Source: Phoronis australis (Eukaryota; Animalia; Phoronida). Taken from it: a stretch of 64,000 nucleotides of DNA. Each line of letters starts with the position of its first letter. The stretch's first letter is position 1. The stretch lies in NCBI GenBank assembly GCA_002633005.1, contig NMRA01000123.1:770656-834655 (forward strand), in the 5' to 3' direction. Of this stretch, positions 24,701 to 36,800 are shown in pieces. Made by a program: the position numbers and the translations under genes. Under the pieces are notes generated by a model. It saw only the letters and a list, made by a program, of their open reading frames with translations, ran no database searches and was not told where the DNA came from.

Positions 24701-27700
24701 TGACTTAAGGAGCTTTTGTAAGTTAGTAAAGGAAACATCCAGCAACGAAGAAGGAAGTTCACATTCTTGGCAGTGGAAACTCATGGAATAATATACAGTC
24801 AATGGACTATCGAATACATCAACAGGGGATTTTGCAAACTCAAAAATTGTATTTCAAGGTCGAAATTTTAAACCCTTAACTAACTTGGCAAAAGAATCCA
24901 CTGTAAATGCGACACGAAACCAATGATGACAAGAAAAGTGAAGACTGCTCACAAGGAAAACAAACAATTCTTTTGCAAGTATAAAACTTCTCGATTATGA
25001 GTACGAAGGATCCTAGAAATATGTCAAAATTAGGCACATACTATGATTTATGCACTTTTCTCCTAAACTCTTCTATGGATTATTTTCAAATTAATGCACT
25101 TTTGCATGAGGTGGTATCAAATAATAGCATTTTGATGAGCTTTATGTACAAAAATCAAACCTGCAAATAATGAACTAACTTAGAAAACTGAACAGTGTTT
25201 AAGGTTGCACCATGAACAATTATAAACAAAATATGGTCGTGTTATTGATCTAGAAACATTGTTTAATTTGAACTACACACGATTACACCTTTCTCATGAA
25301 ATAATAATAATAATACTAAATTTTAGTAAAAAGACATGATCACAAGATCCAATCAATGACACTTTGGTATAAAATGAAAACATCCAAATTCTATGTAGGC
25401 TTTCTGCTTTCAGAAAATATTATTTTATTTCTTACTAAATTTTACAGTTTAGTATAATTGGTTTGATAACGGATAACCTAGAGAAAGACTAGCTGGGTTA
25501 ACACGCGTATCACTCCTACAAAAACTGGAAGAATTTTTAAGCGAAACCAATCTAAGCTGCCACCGCAACACAGTCTCTTGGAGACCTGAAAACTAATCAT
25601 ACGTGTACCAGGAAGATAAAAACCCAGCCTGTCAAACTCTTACAGGTAATCAATAAAGACAAGTAAACCAATCAGTCATATAAATCCCATTACCTGAAGA
25701 ACACTTCATGTATAATACATGACACAGCCTGTGGCATATAATGACACAACAAAAGTGGTAGCCATATGTACAGGAAATGCAATTGCATCGGGGAAAATTA
25801 CGCAGAAACATTGAGTAGAAATTAGCAATTACACTGCACAGTGGGGCTTAGAGAAGTTCTTCATTTCTCAGGAGGTAGAAACGATTCCATGTACGCATTG
25901 CTAAGTTCTAGCTTCCATCCTTTAAACCGGTCGTGGATCAGCAGACACAAAAACTGTGATTCAAATCTTGCGCTCCTACACTCCACACACGTGCTAAAAA
26001 TGCTCCCATTGCACAGTGACCAATTTCTGTTCCTAGTCCCACGGACCAAAAGACTTGAAAATCTGATCAGGAGTTGGGTCATAGGGACTAGAATTTGGTC
26101 ACCAGGTGTGCAGCACTTTCAGCATATGTCAAATTTGACAACACGGGTGAGGCGGTTTGTTCACTGCCACGTCAGGGAATTTGTTCACCGTCATTTGGTG
26201 TCTACAGGTCTGGAAAAGTACTCGAGTGTACAACAGATAGGGTAGGAACAACCTGACGTGCAACCTGTCTGACATTGCAAAGCTCAATTACTCAAGTGAG
26301 GAGACAATGAAAATCCCTCCCACAGGGGTGCATATAGGTTTTGCTTTAAGTGGATATTTTGCAATCTCAGGTATCTTCTCAGATGGGTATTTCGAAGTCG
26401 GTGAAAGTAGTATTCCCTCTGGACACTGCATACCCAAAAACGAACTGATGGCTGTTATTGGTTGAGAAATGATTCAGAACATTAAGATACAGCATTCCAA
26501 GGTCACTCAAGATAATTCAAGATGCTTGTTACAGGATTGAACAAAAATATGAATCACAATGCAGTCACTCATAAATATGCTAGGATTTATCCATCACAGC
26601 AGAAGAATTCACATAATTAGTGCATAAAATGTATTCGATTTTCAAATGTTTGAACTAGATTTAACCCTTTGAGATAAGGTCTTTAAGTTGAACTAGCATC
26701 TGGAGCGTGATTTTTAAGTAATCATAAATCATTTTAATTTGCGTGAACACAGGAGAATGCATACAGATACATTAACAGGTATCACTAGCACAGCAGGCAT
26801 CAGAACAATGTATCCAGTATTCCCAATTCAATTCCACCATCATTCCAACAACCTCTTGTGTCACAAAATATGCTCAACCCTCAAAGGTTAAAGGTCACCC
26901 TAGGGTATGTTCTGACTACAGATTCAGGATTCAAATTCAGCACAAACTAAAGGGAAACATGTGCCGGGTTTTGTGAATTTTGCTTGTAGGCTTGTAGGCT
27001 TTGAAGCAAGCACAGGAATACTTGCCTGCAGTTTTTGGTTTAGGTTTCAAGCTACTTAACCGAAGAACCAAAAGCAACAGCCGATCTGCGATGAACTCAA
27101 GGGAAATGGTCGTTGCTGTCACACGAATGACTCATTTTTAATAGAAAAATAAGATCCTGTGCATCCTTTTAAAATTTCAGGGTTGGCCATACACAGTAAA
27201 ATTGATGATTTCCGACACGTTTCTTAACCTGTAGAGCTGAAGGCATGTATGTTCATCTTGGTAACAGAAAACAATCTTAATAGTAAAGAAACTTTAAAAA
27301 TCAGCTTCAAGATTGGATTTTCACTTCTCTGCCAGCTAAACAGGGCAAAATGCACAGAGCTCTTTAAAGTTAAAAGTAAAAATACGCTTGAGCAACTAAA
27401 GTTCCACCCCTGAGATTATTGGGAATTATCTGAGCAGGTTACTGTTAAATCTCACCTTTATCAATGGCGTGCGGGCATGGTTGTCACCCAGATTCACTTT
27501 GGCCTTCCACTCCAACAACTCAGCGACAATTGCACCATGCCCCTTGGCACAAGCTAAGTGGAGTGGTGTCCTGAAACACCGTCGATGCAATAGTACAATG
27601 ATTGATACAATACATGGTGAGTTTGTATTTGTTCAAGCTAACATCCAAACATGCAGCTAAACACCCACATCTGAATTTTACGTTTGTATAACTTCTAAAC

Positions 27701-30239
27701 ATCCATACACCTTTAATTATACTCCACCCTCAAATTCTAGGTGGGGAGGGGATTTCATTTTCTTAAAAGAGTTCTTGTCTTTTTAAACAACCAAAGAAAG
27801 AATTTCAAATAAAAATAATATACTACATAACTATGTACACCCTGGACTGCTCATTTGCATCATTGCGGCATAAAAACAATAAAAAGGCACACTTTTTATC
27901 ATCAGGTGCACCCAAAGGGCACAGGTTCAAACCTGGTCAGTGTCAGGGATATCCCTGTTAGACTTAAACATGACTATATGTTCTCATTTTAATTGCCCTT
28001 GGGGTTCCTGTTTCATACGTCACCACTTAAATTACACTAAGTCTGCCAGGCACAACTTTTTTGAAAAAGGCACACTTTTTATCATCAAGTATGCCTAGAG
28101 AGCACAGGTTCAAACCTGGTCAGGAATATCCCTGTGTATTGCCTATAGGCAGTAAATGTACGAGTCCATACACAAAGACAATACCTGAAGGCAAATCCTT
28201 AGGCATTGCAACCAATCAGCTGGTCAGACACCTATACCTGGTCATCTTAAATGCCAATATTTGTTCAGACCAACCTCACTGCTTTTGAGTTTCTTCATTT
28301 GAAGATCAGGGCATAAATATGTACAAATAAAGTACGTTAACCTACTGTCAGTGAATGAATCAAGCAAAAAGAAAAATTAAATACCTTACTCTAGCACTCA
28401 ATTCAGTAAAACCAAATCCTTTTAAATACACTAAATTCGATGATTTTACATATAAATAAAGGTTAGCGCCACTTATACTAAGTGCCTTGAAACACTTCAC
28501 AATGTCTTCTTTGGACAACATTTGGAACTTTTTGCCTGCTTTTGTAAACTGTTTAAATCACTATAAACAACTTTCATGAAAAAATAAACTAACTTTTGAT
28601 TCAATCCCTTTAGGCTATAACTTGTTAATAAATTAGTTCTGAGTTTTGAAATAACTGGCAGTTCAGTATTAGCTGGAGACAATGCTTGCCGCATAAAATG
28701 ACCGTTCATGATAAGCAGACTGGTTCACTTCAGCTTAGCAAGACCCGCGATCACTTCTAGAACTTAAGGAACACATTGAGACAAACCAACAGTGATCTTT
28801 TTCTAGTTTTGTTTTCGACAGGTGAGTTTATTTATTGACTCCAAATTCCAAGTTCAAATTATCTCCCCTACTACAAAACTAATTCATTATATATAAGTAA
28901 AGTACTTTACATTTCAATTTTTGAGTTCATCTTGTACATTCTTACACCACACAGCATGGTGCCTTATTAGGCCAACATTACATGGCCATCACAAAATGCC
29001 CACGGGGTCAGAGGTCAACAATTAACCTATTGAAAATGAGGTGGCAGCATACTTGCTTATGTTAAGGAATTCTAAAGGTTGTTTTGTGTCCAGTTGTGCT
29101 GCATGTTTATAAAGAAAACAATTACTTCTTAGAGTTAATAACACTTCAACTTTCCATGACCTATAATCTACAAGTCTGACAGCCATTCTGAATGTGACTT
29201 AAATATACAAATGTTCCACTGAGAGATTAATTTACTTAAAAAGAGGAAACAAGCTTTAGTTACCTTTCCTATCAGAGGCCAATTGTCTAAATCACAGTCA
29301 TTCTGGCCTACTATTACTAGGTGTTAATTGCTAGCTCATATAATAAAAATAATGGTAGGACCGAAACATACCCAAAGGAAAACTTCCACACATCTACATA
29401 ACAAAAAATTTGAGGCTACGTCTCAAACAAATTCCCTACAAAGTTTTGTTTGCCTTTTGTGACAAAACTCAATACCAAACGGATTGCTTTGGAAGTTTGA
29501 AATTCTACAAAAGTTTTTTTTTAACTACAAAAAGAAGATTTTGTATTCTTTTAAACTTGATGGTAAAATTTTCAGCATTCCAAGAATCCCAACATAATGG
29601 AATTAACCCCAACAAATGAGGGTGTTTCTGAAACAAAACTTAAAAAACAGTGACTTCTTCATCAAAGCTACACAGCTAAAGAAATCAATTACCTTTTTCA
29701 AGTTACTTCACTCTTTGGGCTCATGGGTATTTTTCACCTGTCACCATTTCCGGAGTCAAAAATATAGTGAAACGCACCCGTGATGTCAATACACCAAGGG
29801 TAAGGACTCTCAATAAAAACAACGTTGATGTTGAAATATCTTTAAGCTATTATACAAAGTGTTAGTGAATCAAGAAATCATAAGTTCACACTAACAGACA
29901 ATCATAGGACATTTTTTAAATTCACAACTAATTTAAATAAAAGGCAACCAAGCTCTTGCTTGACAAGCTGAGGCTCTAAGCTATGCACTAAATGGATTCC
30001 ATGGAAAATAATGAGTTATACCGGTTTTCCTTGTCGAGTGGACTAGGGTCCTTTCTTGCCAGTGTCTTGATTTTCCCAAGATCTCCACTCCAAGCAGCCT
30101 TGTGTATTTTGGACAAGTCCTTCTCTCGTACCTCATAGCCAGATACATTCATTCCCAGATCACCACCACTAGCATCCAACGAATCATTGTCCTGGGAAGT
30201 ATTCTTTTTTCCTTTTCCAAATTTGAATAACTTCTTCAT
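771..30239 (-). CDS. ANKRD26: Ankyrin repeat domain-containing protein 26-like (ANKRD26/POTE/ANKRD36 family), 5' part; the gene continues beyond the left edge of the window
   Basis: The N-terminus MKKLFKFGK...GYEVREKDLSKIHKAAWSGDLGKIK...LDKENRTPLHLACAKGH...[45 protein letters not shown] closely resembles the ANKRD26 ankyrin repeats and is followed by an acidic, Ser-rich region. Phase-consistent GT-AG exons on the minus strand: 30239-30022, 27570-27456, 23571-23398, 22513-22407, 21893-21799, 21277-21098, 20275-20148, 19281-19216, 17811-17754, 16935-16583, 15737-15654, 14971-14899, 14395-14232, 13642-13586, 4795-4730, 3922-3815, 3168-3085, 1870-1802, 1460-771. These total 2889 nt (963 codons) with no stop. 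The expected C-terminal coiled coil is not in the window. Confidence 0.88.
5912..13642 (-). CDS. Candidate giant alternative exon (7,731 nt) of the ANKRD26-like gene; Ser/Pro/Cys/acidic-rich and probably largely disordered
   Basis: The 2582-codon ORF 13585-5837 begins at the GT of the exon-14 donor (TCGGAG|GTGAG) and is in frame with exon 14. A phase-0 donor, CACAAG|GTGATG at 5912/5911, fits the phase-0 acceptor of the next exon at 4795. Confidence 0.75.
18132..18208. repeat. Tandem duplication with a 42-bp period, 2 copies
   Basis: GTGCTGTGTGAC(TC/CT)..GACTGACAACACTTAACTA starts at 18132 and again at 18174. Confidence 0.8.
18885..27240. repeat. Second dispersed repeat pair (~18885-18990 and ~27128-27235); envelope coordinates
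   Basis: Both copies contain CCTG(C/T)GCA...TTCAGGGTTGGCCA...GTTTCTT(G/A)ACCTGT. Confidence 0.55.
27881..28135 (+). repeat. Pair of ~75-bp direct repeats (27881-27958 and 28064-28135) containing a B-box-like GGTTCAAACC; possible SINE remnant
   Basis: AAAAAGGCACACTTTTTATCATCA...GCACAGGTTCAAACCTGGTCAG...ATATCCCTGT occurs twice. Confidence 0.6.
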
Positions 30240-30419
30240 TTTGTCAGATCTTTAATAAATTTGATTTGATCTCGGTTGTACCTGATTTTTTGTTCTGATG
30301 AAGGTAATTTGTTCACACGGAAGGTGTGCCTTTCGTAATTAAGTCATTTTTTCACACTATGAATGAATAAAAAGTCTATTATCCATATTTACACCAGAAA
30401 ACCCTTGCGATGGCCAACA

Positions 30420-30800
30420 GCTTACTCATATGTCGGTCAACATCAGCATTTACATTGACAACGCCGACCCACGGACGAAATGTCAAATCCAAATCGCCAG
30501 TCCAGCTGCGATATCGAGTGAGAAACGAAGGAAACTGTCACAGGTTGGAGTTCAAGACGAGCTTTGAGGCACAGTATTAGACAGATCATAACATATCACC
30601 AAAATTCAAATCCATTCGGATCTGAAACCATATTTAAATGACCCAACAAACTTTCAAAATCAATTTCAAGCGTCGAACCTCGATGTCGGAACCGGAAGTT
30701 TTTAATACTGGAGATAAATATCTTGTTTCATTCTGAAGCGGATGTGCAAAACACTAGCTCTGTGCATAAGTTTGTTTACTGCTTGTCTTTACCGGGTTAG
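30420..30800. promoter_or_regulatory. Putative bidirectional promoter region shared by the ANKRD26-like gene and ZCRB1
   Basis: Locally CpG-richer sequence with the ETS/GABP motif CCGGAAGT at 30692-30699. A minus-strand donor (TGA|GTAAG, ~30425) suits an ANKRD26 5'UTR exon and a plus-strand GTTAGT (~30796) suits a ZCRB1 5'UTR exon. The ZCRB1 ATG exon is preceded by acceptors at 33786 and 33842. Confidence 0.4.
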
Positions 30801-31316
30801 TTAGAGGTGATGTACTAAATTTTTCTTTATGAACACCAATTTTGTGTTATGGTTAATTCATTATTTTATTGCTCTTGTAGCAAAGCTGCTGGATTGGTTG
30901 CTTTTCATTTTCCTACCGTTTGGCATTGATTGAACGCTCGGCCTCGGGCTCGGCCTCGCCGACGCCGGGGCCTCGAAAATTCTTCTGACCCGTGTGTGAC
31001 ATTTATGGCGTAGACTCAAATAAAGGCCTTTCTTTGTCAACTTGCATTCCATAGACAGGTAGATTTTTCCAAAGGCACCTGGACAGCAAGGAAAATGGTT
31101 CTTCTTCTTAGTTCAAGTGACCACACTCACTCCAGAGTATTATGTGGCAGTATTACTAGTGTATGACAAAAACAGCTATTGCAAGTTTGAAAATATACCT
31201 AGTGGACGTCATTTCGGAGATCGGTTAACACTGCTCAGTCGTTTACAGATAGGGCAAACAGTAAGTGAGTGCCCTAGATGGAGGCGCCTGACCCCGATAA
31301 CTAATACAACACTATC

Positions 31317-32110
31317 TTACTTTAGAAAGGCAGATAGCTTGCTGACAAAGATATCAAGAGAAGGGGCCGATGTAATATAGCCCGGCAAGCAATTCCAGTC
31401 AACGACTATCTTTTTCCTGTAATCTGTCCTATTTTTTGGAATGTTATAATTGGATGACCTTCTGGTACTAATGCCAAAGAGTGCAGGATCTGTGACAGGG
31501 GCATTATCAGAGTTTATGATCACCGACTTAATGGTTTCTAACATTTGCCCAATAGAAGATAGGCAAATGAACTGTCTCGTGACCCAACGAACAGTTTCCA
31601 TCTGTACTTTCTCTACAGCATTAATGTCTAAATGGGAGTCCCAATCAGTAGAGGCATAAATTCAAGGTGGGTCGAACCGTTGCTTTATATGCATTTCTTT
31701 ATATCTTTGGCTGCTTAATGTAAGTTTTGCCGAAGAAAATCAAGAATTTTATTTGCTTTCTTCTCGATTGTTGTTTATGTGGGCGAGATGGTAACGCCCA
31801 AATATTTCTAGCGTGTGATTGTGAAGTACATGGGAGGTGGTCTGGATTTGGCTTATTCTGGTGAGATTGTAGGCACTGCACTTGTCCTTCCATAGAGTAA
31901 GACTACATTGATCTTTCTGTGGAGCCTTTATGTCAATGGCTAAGTTGGCAATGTTATAACATATTGTATCATCTTGAAATAGTCTGGTTTTACTAGACAG
32001 GCCAAGGGGAATATCATACAATAGGAACAAGCAGAGGCCTAATACTGGGCCTTGGGGTACCCCAGACACCACAGGTATACCTGACGACTTCTTGCCTGTG
32101 ACAACTCTGG
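31317..32110 (-). mobile_element. Decayed 3' fragment of a non-LTR retrotransposon (CR1/L2-like LINE reverse transcriptase)
   Basis: Frameshifted RT motifs VVSGVPQGPVLGLCLFLLY..DIP...SSKTRLFQDDTICY (consensus SGVPQGSVLGPLLF..INDLP..RLFADD). Downstream are YASTDWDSH..INAVEKVQ...RWV and the C-terminal RTDYRK..VVDWNCLP..ITSAPSLDIF. Confidence 0.85.
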
Positions 32111-32914
32111 TTGTGGTTAAGTCAGTACTAAATGACCAAAATCCCACTGTGACAACAGTGACTAGAGTCTGACTGTATTGAGGGTCGTCTTCCCAATATC
32201 AATCAGGCACTGATACTAATACTGAGTGCTACCCAATGTCAGATATACTGTGCTACTAAAAAGCTTAAGTTTCAGTCCACCCTCTGGGTTTCCTATTGGG
32301 CCAAAAACAAAAAGTGTGCGTAATTCTGCTCTCTATCCCAAGTCATTTTAAGACGTGCTTACCGACTGAAAAAAGAACCTCACCCACATCAATTTCTGCC
32401 AAGGTCTCGTGAACATACAAAAGTAACCAAGGGAAAGCAGTAAATGTGTAAGAGTATGAGAGAATTACTCACCCTTTTGGTCGCCCTCCACACCTCTAAT
32501 GCTGCTGCATATTATCTTTAACTAGCTACTTCAACACAGCTACTAATTAATACTACATTATTAAGCTACAGTTGACTAACTGTTTTAATCTATTACTGCA
32601 ACTACTACCTTACAACAACTGTATTAAGTTGAACTACTTCAGTCTACATGTCTCTACCAATCACAGCTGGGATATTGCACTATACTATTAGCACATGCAG
32701 AAGTTGGCTGCATACATCCATTCCCTACACACACGACCCAAACGGCAGTAATGTGACCCGCATATCCGGGTCAGCTACGGCTGACCCATGCATGAAAAAA
32801 TAGGTTTGGAATGTCATGATTTGCCAAGCAATGAGAAAAAAATCCATGAATTTTCATTTTTGAAAAGCTGAGCAACTAAAATTAAATACTGCTACACCAC
32901 ATGACGATCAGGGG

Positions 32915-33115
32915 ACTAGGCAGAATTGGATGGTAACTAGGTGGTGGGGCAGAATGGTTGGTGACTAGGTGATGGGCAGAATGGATGGTGACTAGGTGAC
33001 GGGCAGAATGGTTGGTAACTAGGTGGCGGGACGGAGTGGATGGTGGCTAGGTGATGGGGCAAAAATGATGGTGACTGGGTGACGGGCAGAATGGTTGGTA
33101 ACTAGGTGGCGGAAT
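32915..33115. repeat. G-rich minisatellite, ~27-bp unit, ~7 copies
   Basis: Consensus ACTAGGTGACGGGCAGAATGGTTGGT(A/G) repeated in tandem with variation. Confidence 0.85.
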
Positions 33116-33893
33116 GAGTAGAGAGATTTTAAGGTCATCCATTGTGGGCAAGCTTCAGTTTCCTCAAACATAAACAGCATTAGTGCACACAACTGGTAAA
33201 CAAAACCCTTAGAAATTTGTTTTACTGTTTGAATGCTTTTGTGCAAGAAAGCGATCTTGCATGTGTTATTTAGCAGTGTAAATTGTTAATTTTAATGCAT
33301 TGGTGAAGGGATTTTTTTTGTAAATATTCCGGCAACTTTTTACGAATGTCATTGTTCTGAATTTAGCTGCACAAGCGAGAAACTGCAGGATATTTGTCAT
33401 TCACTGGGTCTAGAGATTGCTTACTTTGAAGGTAAATCAAGTTATTGGTTTTTACTTCCACAATTAATGTAATTATATGGTATACATTTTTGTGAATTTT
33501 GTTTGTTAAAAAGCAGAATATCTTTATGTGTATAGATTAACATCTTCCATTCACTGTCAATTGTAATGTTAAAATGTTAACAGTCCATGTCCCTATCTTG
33601 CATATTATGTTCTGTTTTTCTCCTAATTACATAGCTCTTTCTAACACACCTCTGAACTTTCTGTTGTTTTAAATTTGTGTAAGGTGTGAATTGTCTCTAT
33701 ATACTCTTGAAAATGATTTCCTTCAAATACACAAAAACTGAAGCTTCATATTTCTCATCTGTATTGTTATTTGTAATTTTTTTCAGTTCCTCAAGATACA
33801 TTGGATGCTGGGAATGTGTTCGTATTCAGTGTTAATATCTAGTTTGATCATCGTCACCTAATGAGTTAAAAGGGTCACAAACCATGCGACATC

Positions 33894-36800
33894 ATGAGTG
33901 GGGGATTAGCGCCAAGCAAGAGCACCATCTATGTGTCCAACCTACCGTTCTCTCTCACAAACAATGACCTGCACAAGATCTTTGAGAAATATGGAAAGGT
34001 TGTCAAGTAAGCTATTGGGTTCATATTATTTTATAAATGCAGTTTTCGTCATCAAAGCTGTCATAGTTACCGAGAAAGGTATACACACGAGTGCGCAAAT
34101 ACACATTCATGCTTGAATATGATCTAAGTTGGTAGAATCAAAGCATTGGATGCATGTTGGTTGTGCTAATTGGTTGTCGTAGTTACAAACATTTTCAATG
34201 TCCGTTGGCAAGCCCCTAACATAAAGAGAATTTATGCTTACACATTGTGTTTACTTGCACTTTCATGCCCATCCTCACCACTTTTTGTAGAGAATTTTAA
34301 AAGCGTACTCTGGTCTTTAAATTCCTTCTCCCAGTGCGAGTGTTAGAAATCTCCATTTATTATGGTGATCTGCGAATTAGGTTGGTTCCTGTCACATTGC
34401 ATTCAATTACAAGTGTCCAAGTTATGTTGTTCTGTAAGGCTGTTTTATGGGTGTCAGTGTTTACTTTTTGTAAGTCTAGCTAAGCCAGTCCCTTTGTTCA
34501 CATCGCACCTTAAGAACTGTTATTTACTAACCTCTCTCGCTCCGTTGCAGGGTGACCATTATGCGAGACAAGGACACTCGGCGTAGTCGCGGGGTGGCCT
34601 TCATACTGTTCTTAGAGCGAGAAGCTGCATACAAGGCAGCGAGAGCTCTCAACAATACTCAGGTAAGTTGCACCTCCTCTGACATGACTATTCATGTGAA
34701 ATGTTAATTGTATCCGAGCCATCTTTACACAGTCATGCAAAAAAATACACCTTCAGGAGTATATTCAATGAGGCTAGTGTCTTGGACACTTGGCAAGTTT
34801 GCCCTGATGAAACACAAGATCTCACAACTGTACATTTAACCGGAATTTATTTATTAACGTGGGATCTTGTCTGGTGGAACAGATACCAAACCAAACAAGC
34901 TTGTCTTTCATGAGTCCCTGGCAGACATGTATTATAATTGAAACATGCCACAAATGCTAGAATTCTAAGGGAGGTTGTAACCAGATGCTTGATAGATGGT
35001 CACCATGCAGCACTGATTGATGATGAGAAGTGGTATGTTATTACCCACAAGGTCAAGGGTCATTCTGTATATTTTGCCTATATTTTGCTTATAAGATTTG
35101 TGTGAAGCTATTAGATACCCTGCTGTATACATGATTTTCTAATACACTTTTAAATACTCTGCTGTATACACGATTCTCTAATACACTTTTAAAAACTCTG
35201 CTGTATACACGATTCTCTAATACACTTTTAGATACTCTGCTGTATACACGATTCTCTAATACACTTTTAGATACCCTGCTGTATACACGATTCTCTAATA
35301 CACTTTTAGATACTCTGCTGTTTTCACGATTCTCTAATACACTGTTAGTAGTTGTTTTTAAAACGCTTCACCTTTGCTTGAAGGGCTTGAAAAATTGGAA
35401 TTTTATGATTTTCAAGTTGCATGAAACAAAATAATGCTAAATTTGACTAAAAACACGTGATCACATGACCCAGTTAAGGTTAGCCAAAAATCAAATTCTA
35501 CCGACTTTCCGCTTTCAGAAAATATTTACTCTTACTAAGTTAAGGTTAAGGTTTGGCTAAATACACAGACGTGTCAACAAGGTCGTATACGTAAAGGTTA
35601 CTGAAATACAAAAACATGCATTTTAATGTAATTTAGTTAATGAGTAAAGTCTATATCAGAAATCAGTTTTTTTATTCTTTTGCATTTTTGTAAAAAAGCG
35701 TTTTTTCCAATGTTGTTTCCTATTGGCTAATGCGCATCTGACATCACTGAGGCTGCATCGTGGCTGAAGGCAGTGAGATAAATTAAGGAGTATACATTAG
35801 CTCATTGGGTGAAGGCCTCTCACTACAGAGCTGTACTTTATGTGTATAAGTCGTCTGCAATCTCAGCTCTCAAAAGTTCGTAATACAAGTTTACTGCCAT
35901 GTCTTGTTGACTATTATTGGAACAATGCCATTTTGCATGGCCCCATGTAGCCTAAATATACAGCAGTTGCGCTGTTGTGGTTAAAAAGTGATCTAATAAC
36001 ATCTGACACAAAATTAGTATCATTAAAAAATACACTGCTCTTACTTGAGTAAACTAAATTATTTACTGCTGTTGTAAATATTGGCGTTCTACCCGCATTA
36101 TTCTGCTTCTAAAATTGTGGTGCGCTCTTTTGCGTCGGCTTTCGGCGCCATCACCTATTGGGCAGTTTCTGGTTCTCGATTCTTCAATCAACTGTTCTTC
36201 TCTTCCATGAAGTTGCATACATGTCACAATAAATTATCGGATTTGTTTCATTTCATTACAAATTTTAATACCAGCCTACCGAATTTCAGAACAAAATTTT
36301 GCTGCTGCGAAGCTGTCATCATTTCGCGAGAGATGTCGCAAAATGGCATGTGCGCGTGTCATGAGTACTGTTTTCAAAACGAGGACTGACCTGGCCTTTA
36401 TGCAGCGTATGTCCTGGGCGTCCAAATAGATGCCCTAGCACTAATCTGGACCCCCTGGCAAGGACGCCCAATGTATCATTTGGATGTATCATTTGGACGC
36501 CCACTGTCAATAGGAACCTTTCAAGTTTGGACTCACACATTGTAATGAATACTAGGAACCCTCTGAAGGCTCACAGTGGGGGCTCTTTTTTCAAAGCAGG
36601 AAGATATATACAATGTATATACAAAGTATATGCATTGTTGCTATTTTGACACTTGATTGACAGCATTGTAAAAGTCTTGGTCTACACAGTTTTTTTTAGT
36701 AAAAATGCTCACCATAGAAGGCTGTTTTATAAACTTAGATGTAAAAACTTTGATCTATGCATTTTTTTGTAAACAAATCTGTGGACACCCTATTTTCAAA

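Larger units (their letters stand above)
17330..35545. repeat. Dispersed repeat family with four diverged copies in the same orientation (~17330-17400, ~19710-19785, ~25295-25440, ~35420-35540); the coordinates give the envelope, not a continuous feature
   Basis: Shared core (TC)ACATGACCCA...AAATTCTAC..(G)ACTTTC(T)(G/A)CTTTCAGAAAATAT. Confidence 0.65.

Noticed and set aside
27920-27940. CAGGTTCAAACCTG stem-loop as a tRNA T-arm
   Set aside because: No cloverleaf or A-box can be built; at most it is a SINE-derived remnant.
35112-35343. Regular 39-bp repeats as a possible CRISPR array (also the 27-bp repeats at 32915-33115)
   Set aside because: The units are contiguous with no unique spacers, there are no cas genes, and the context is eukaryotic.
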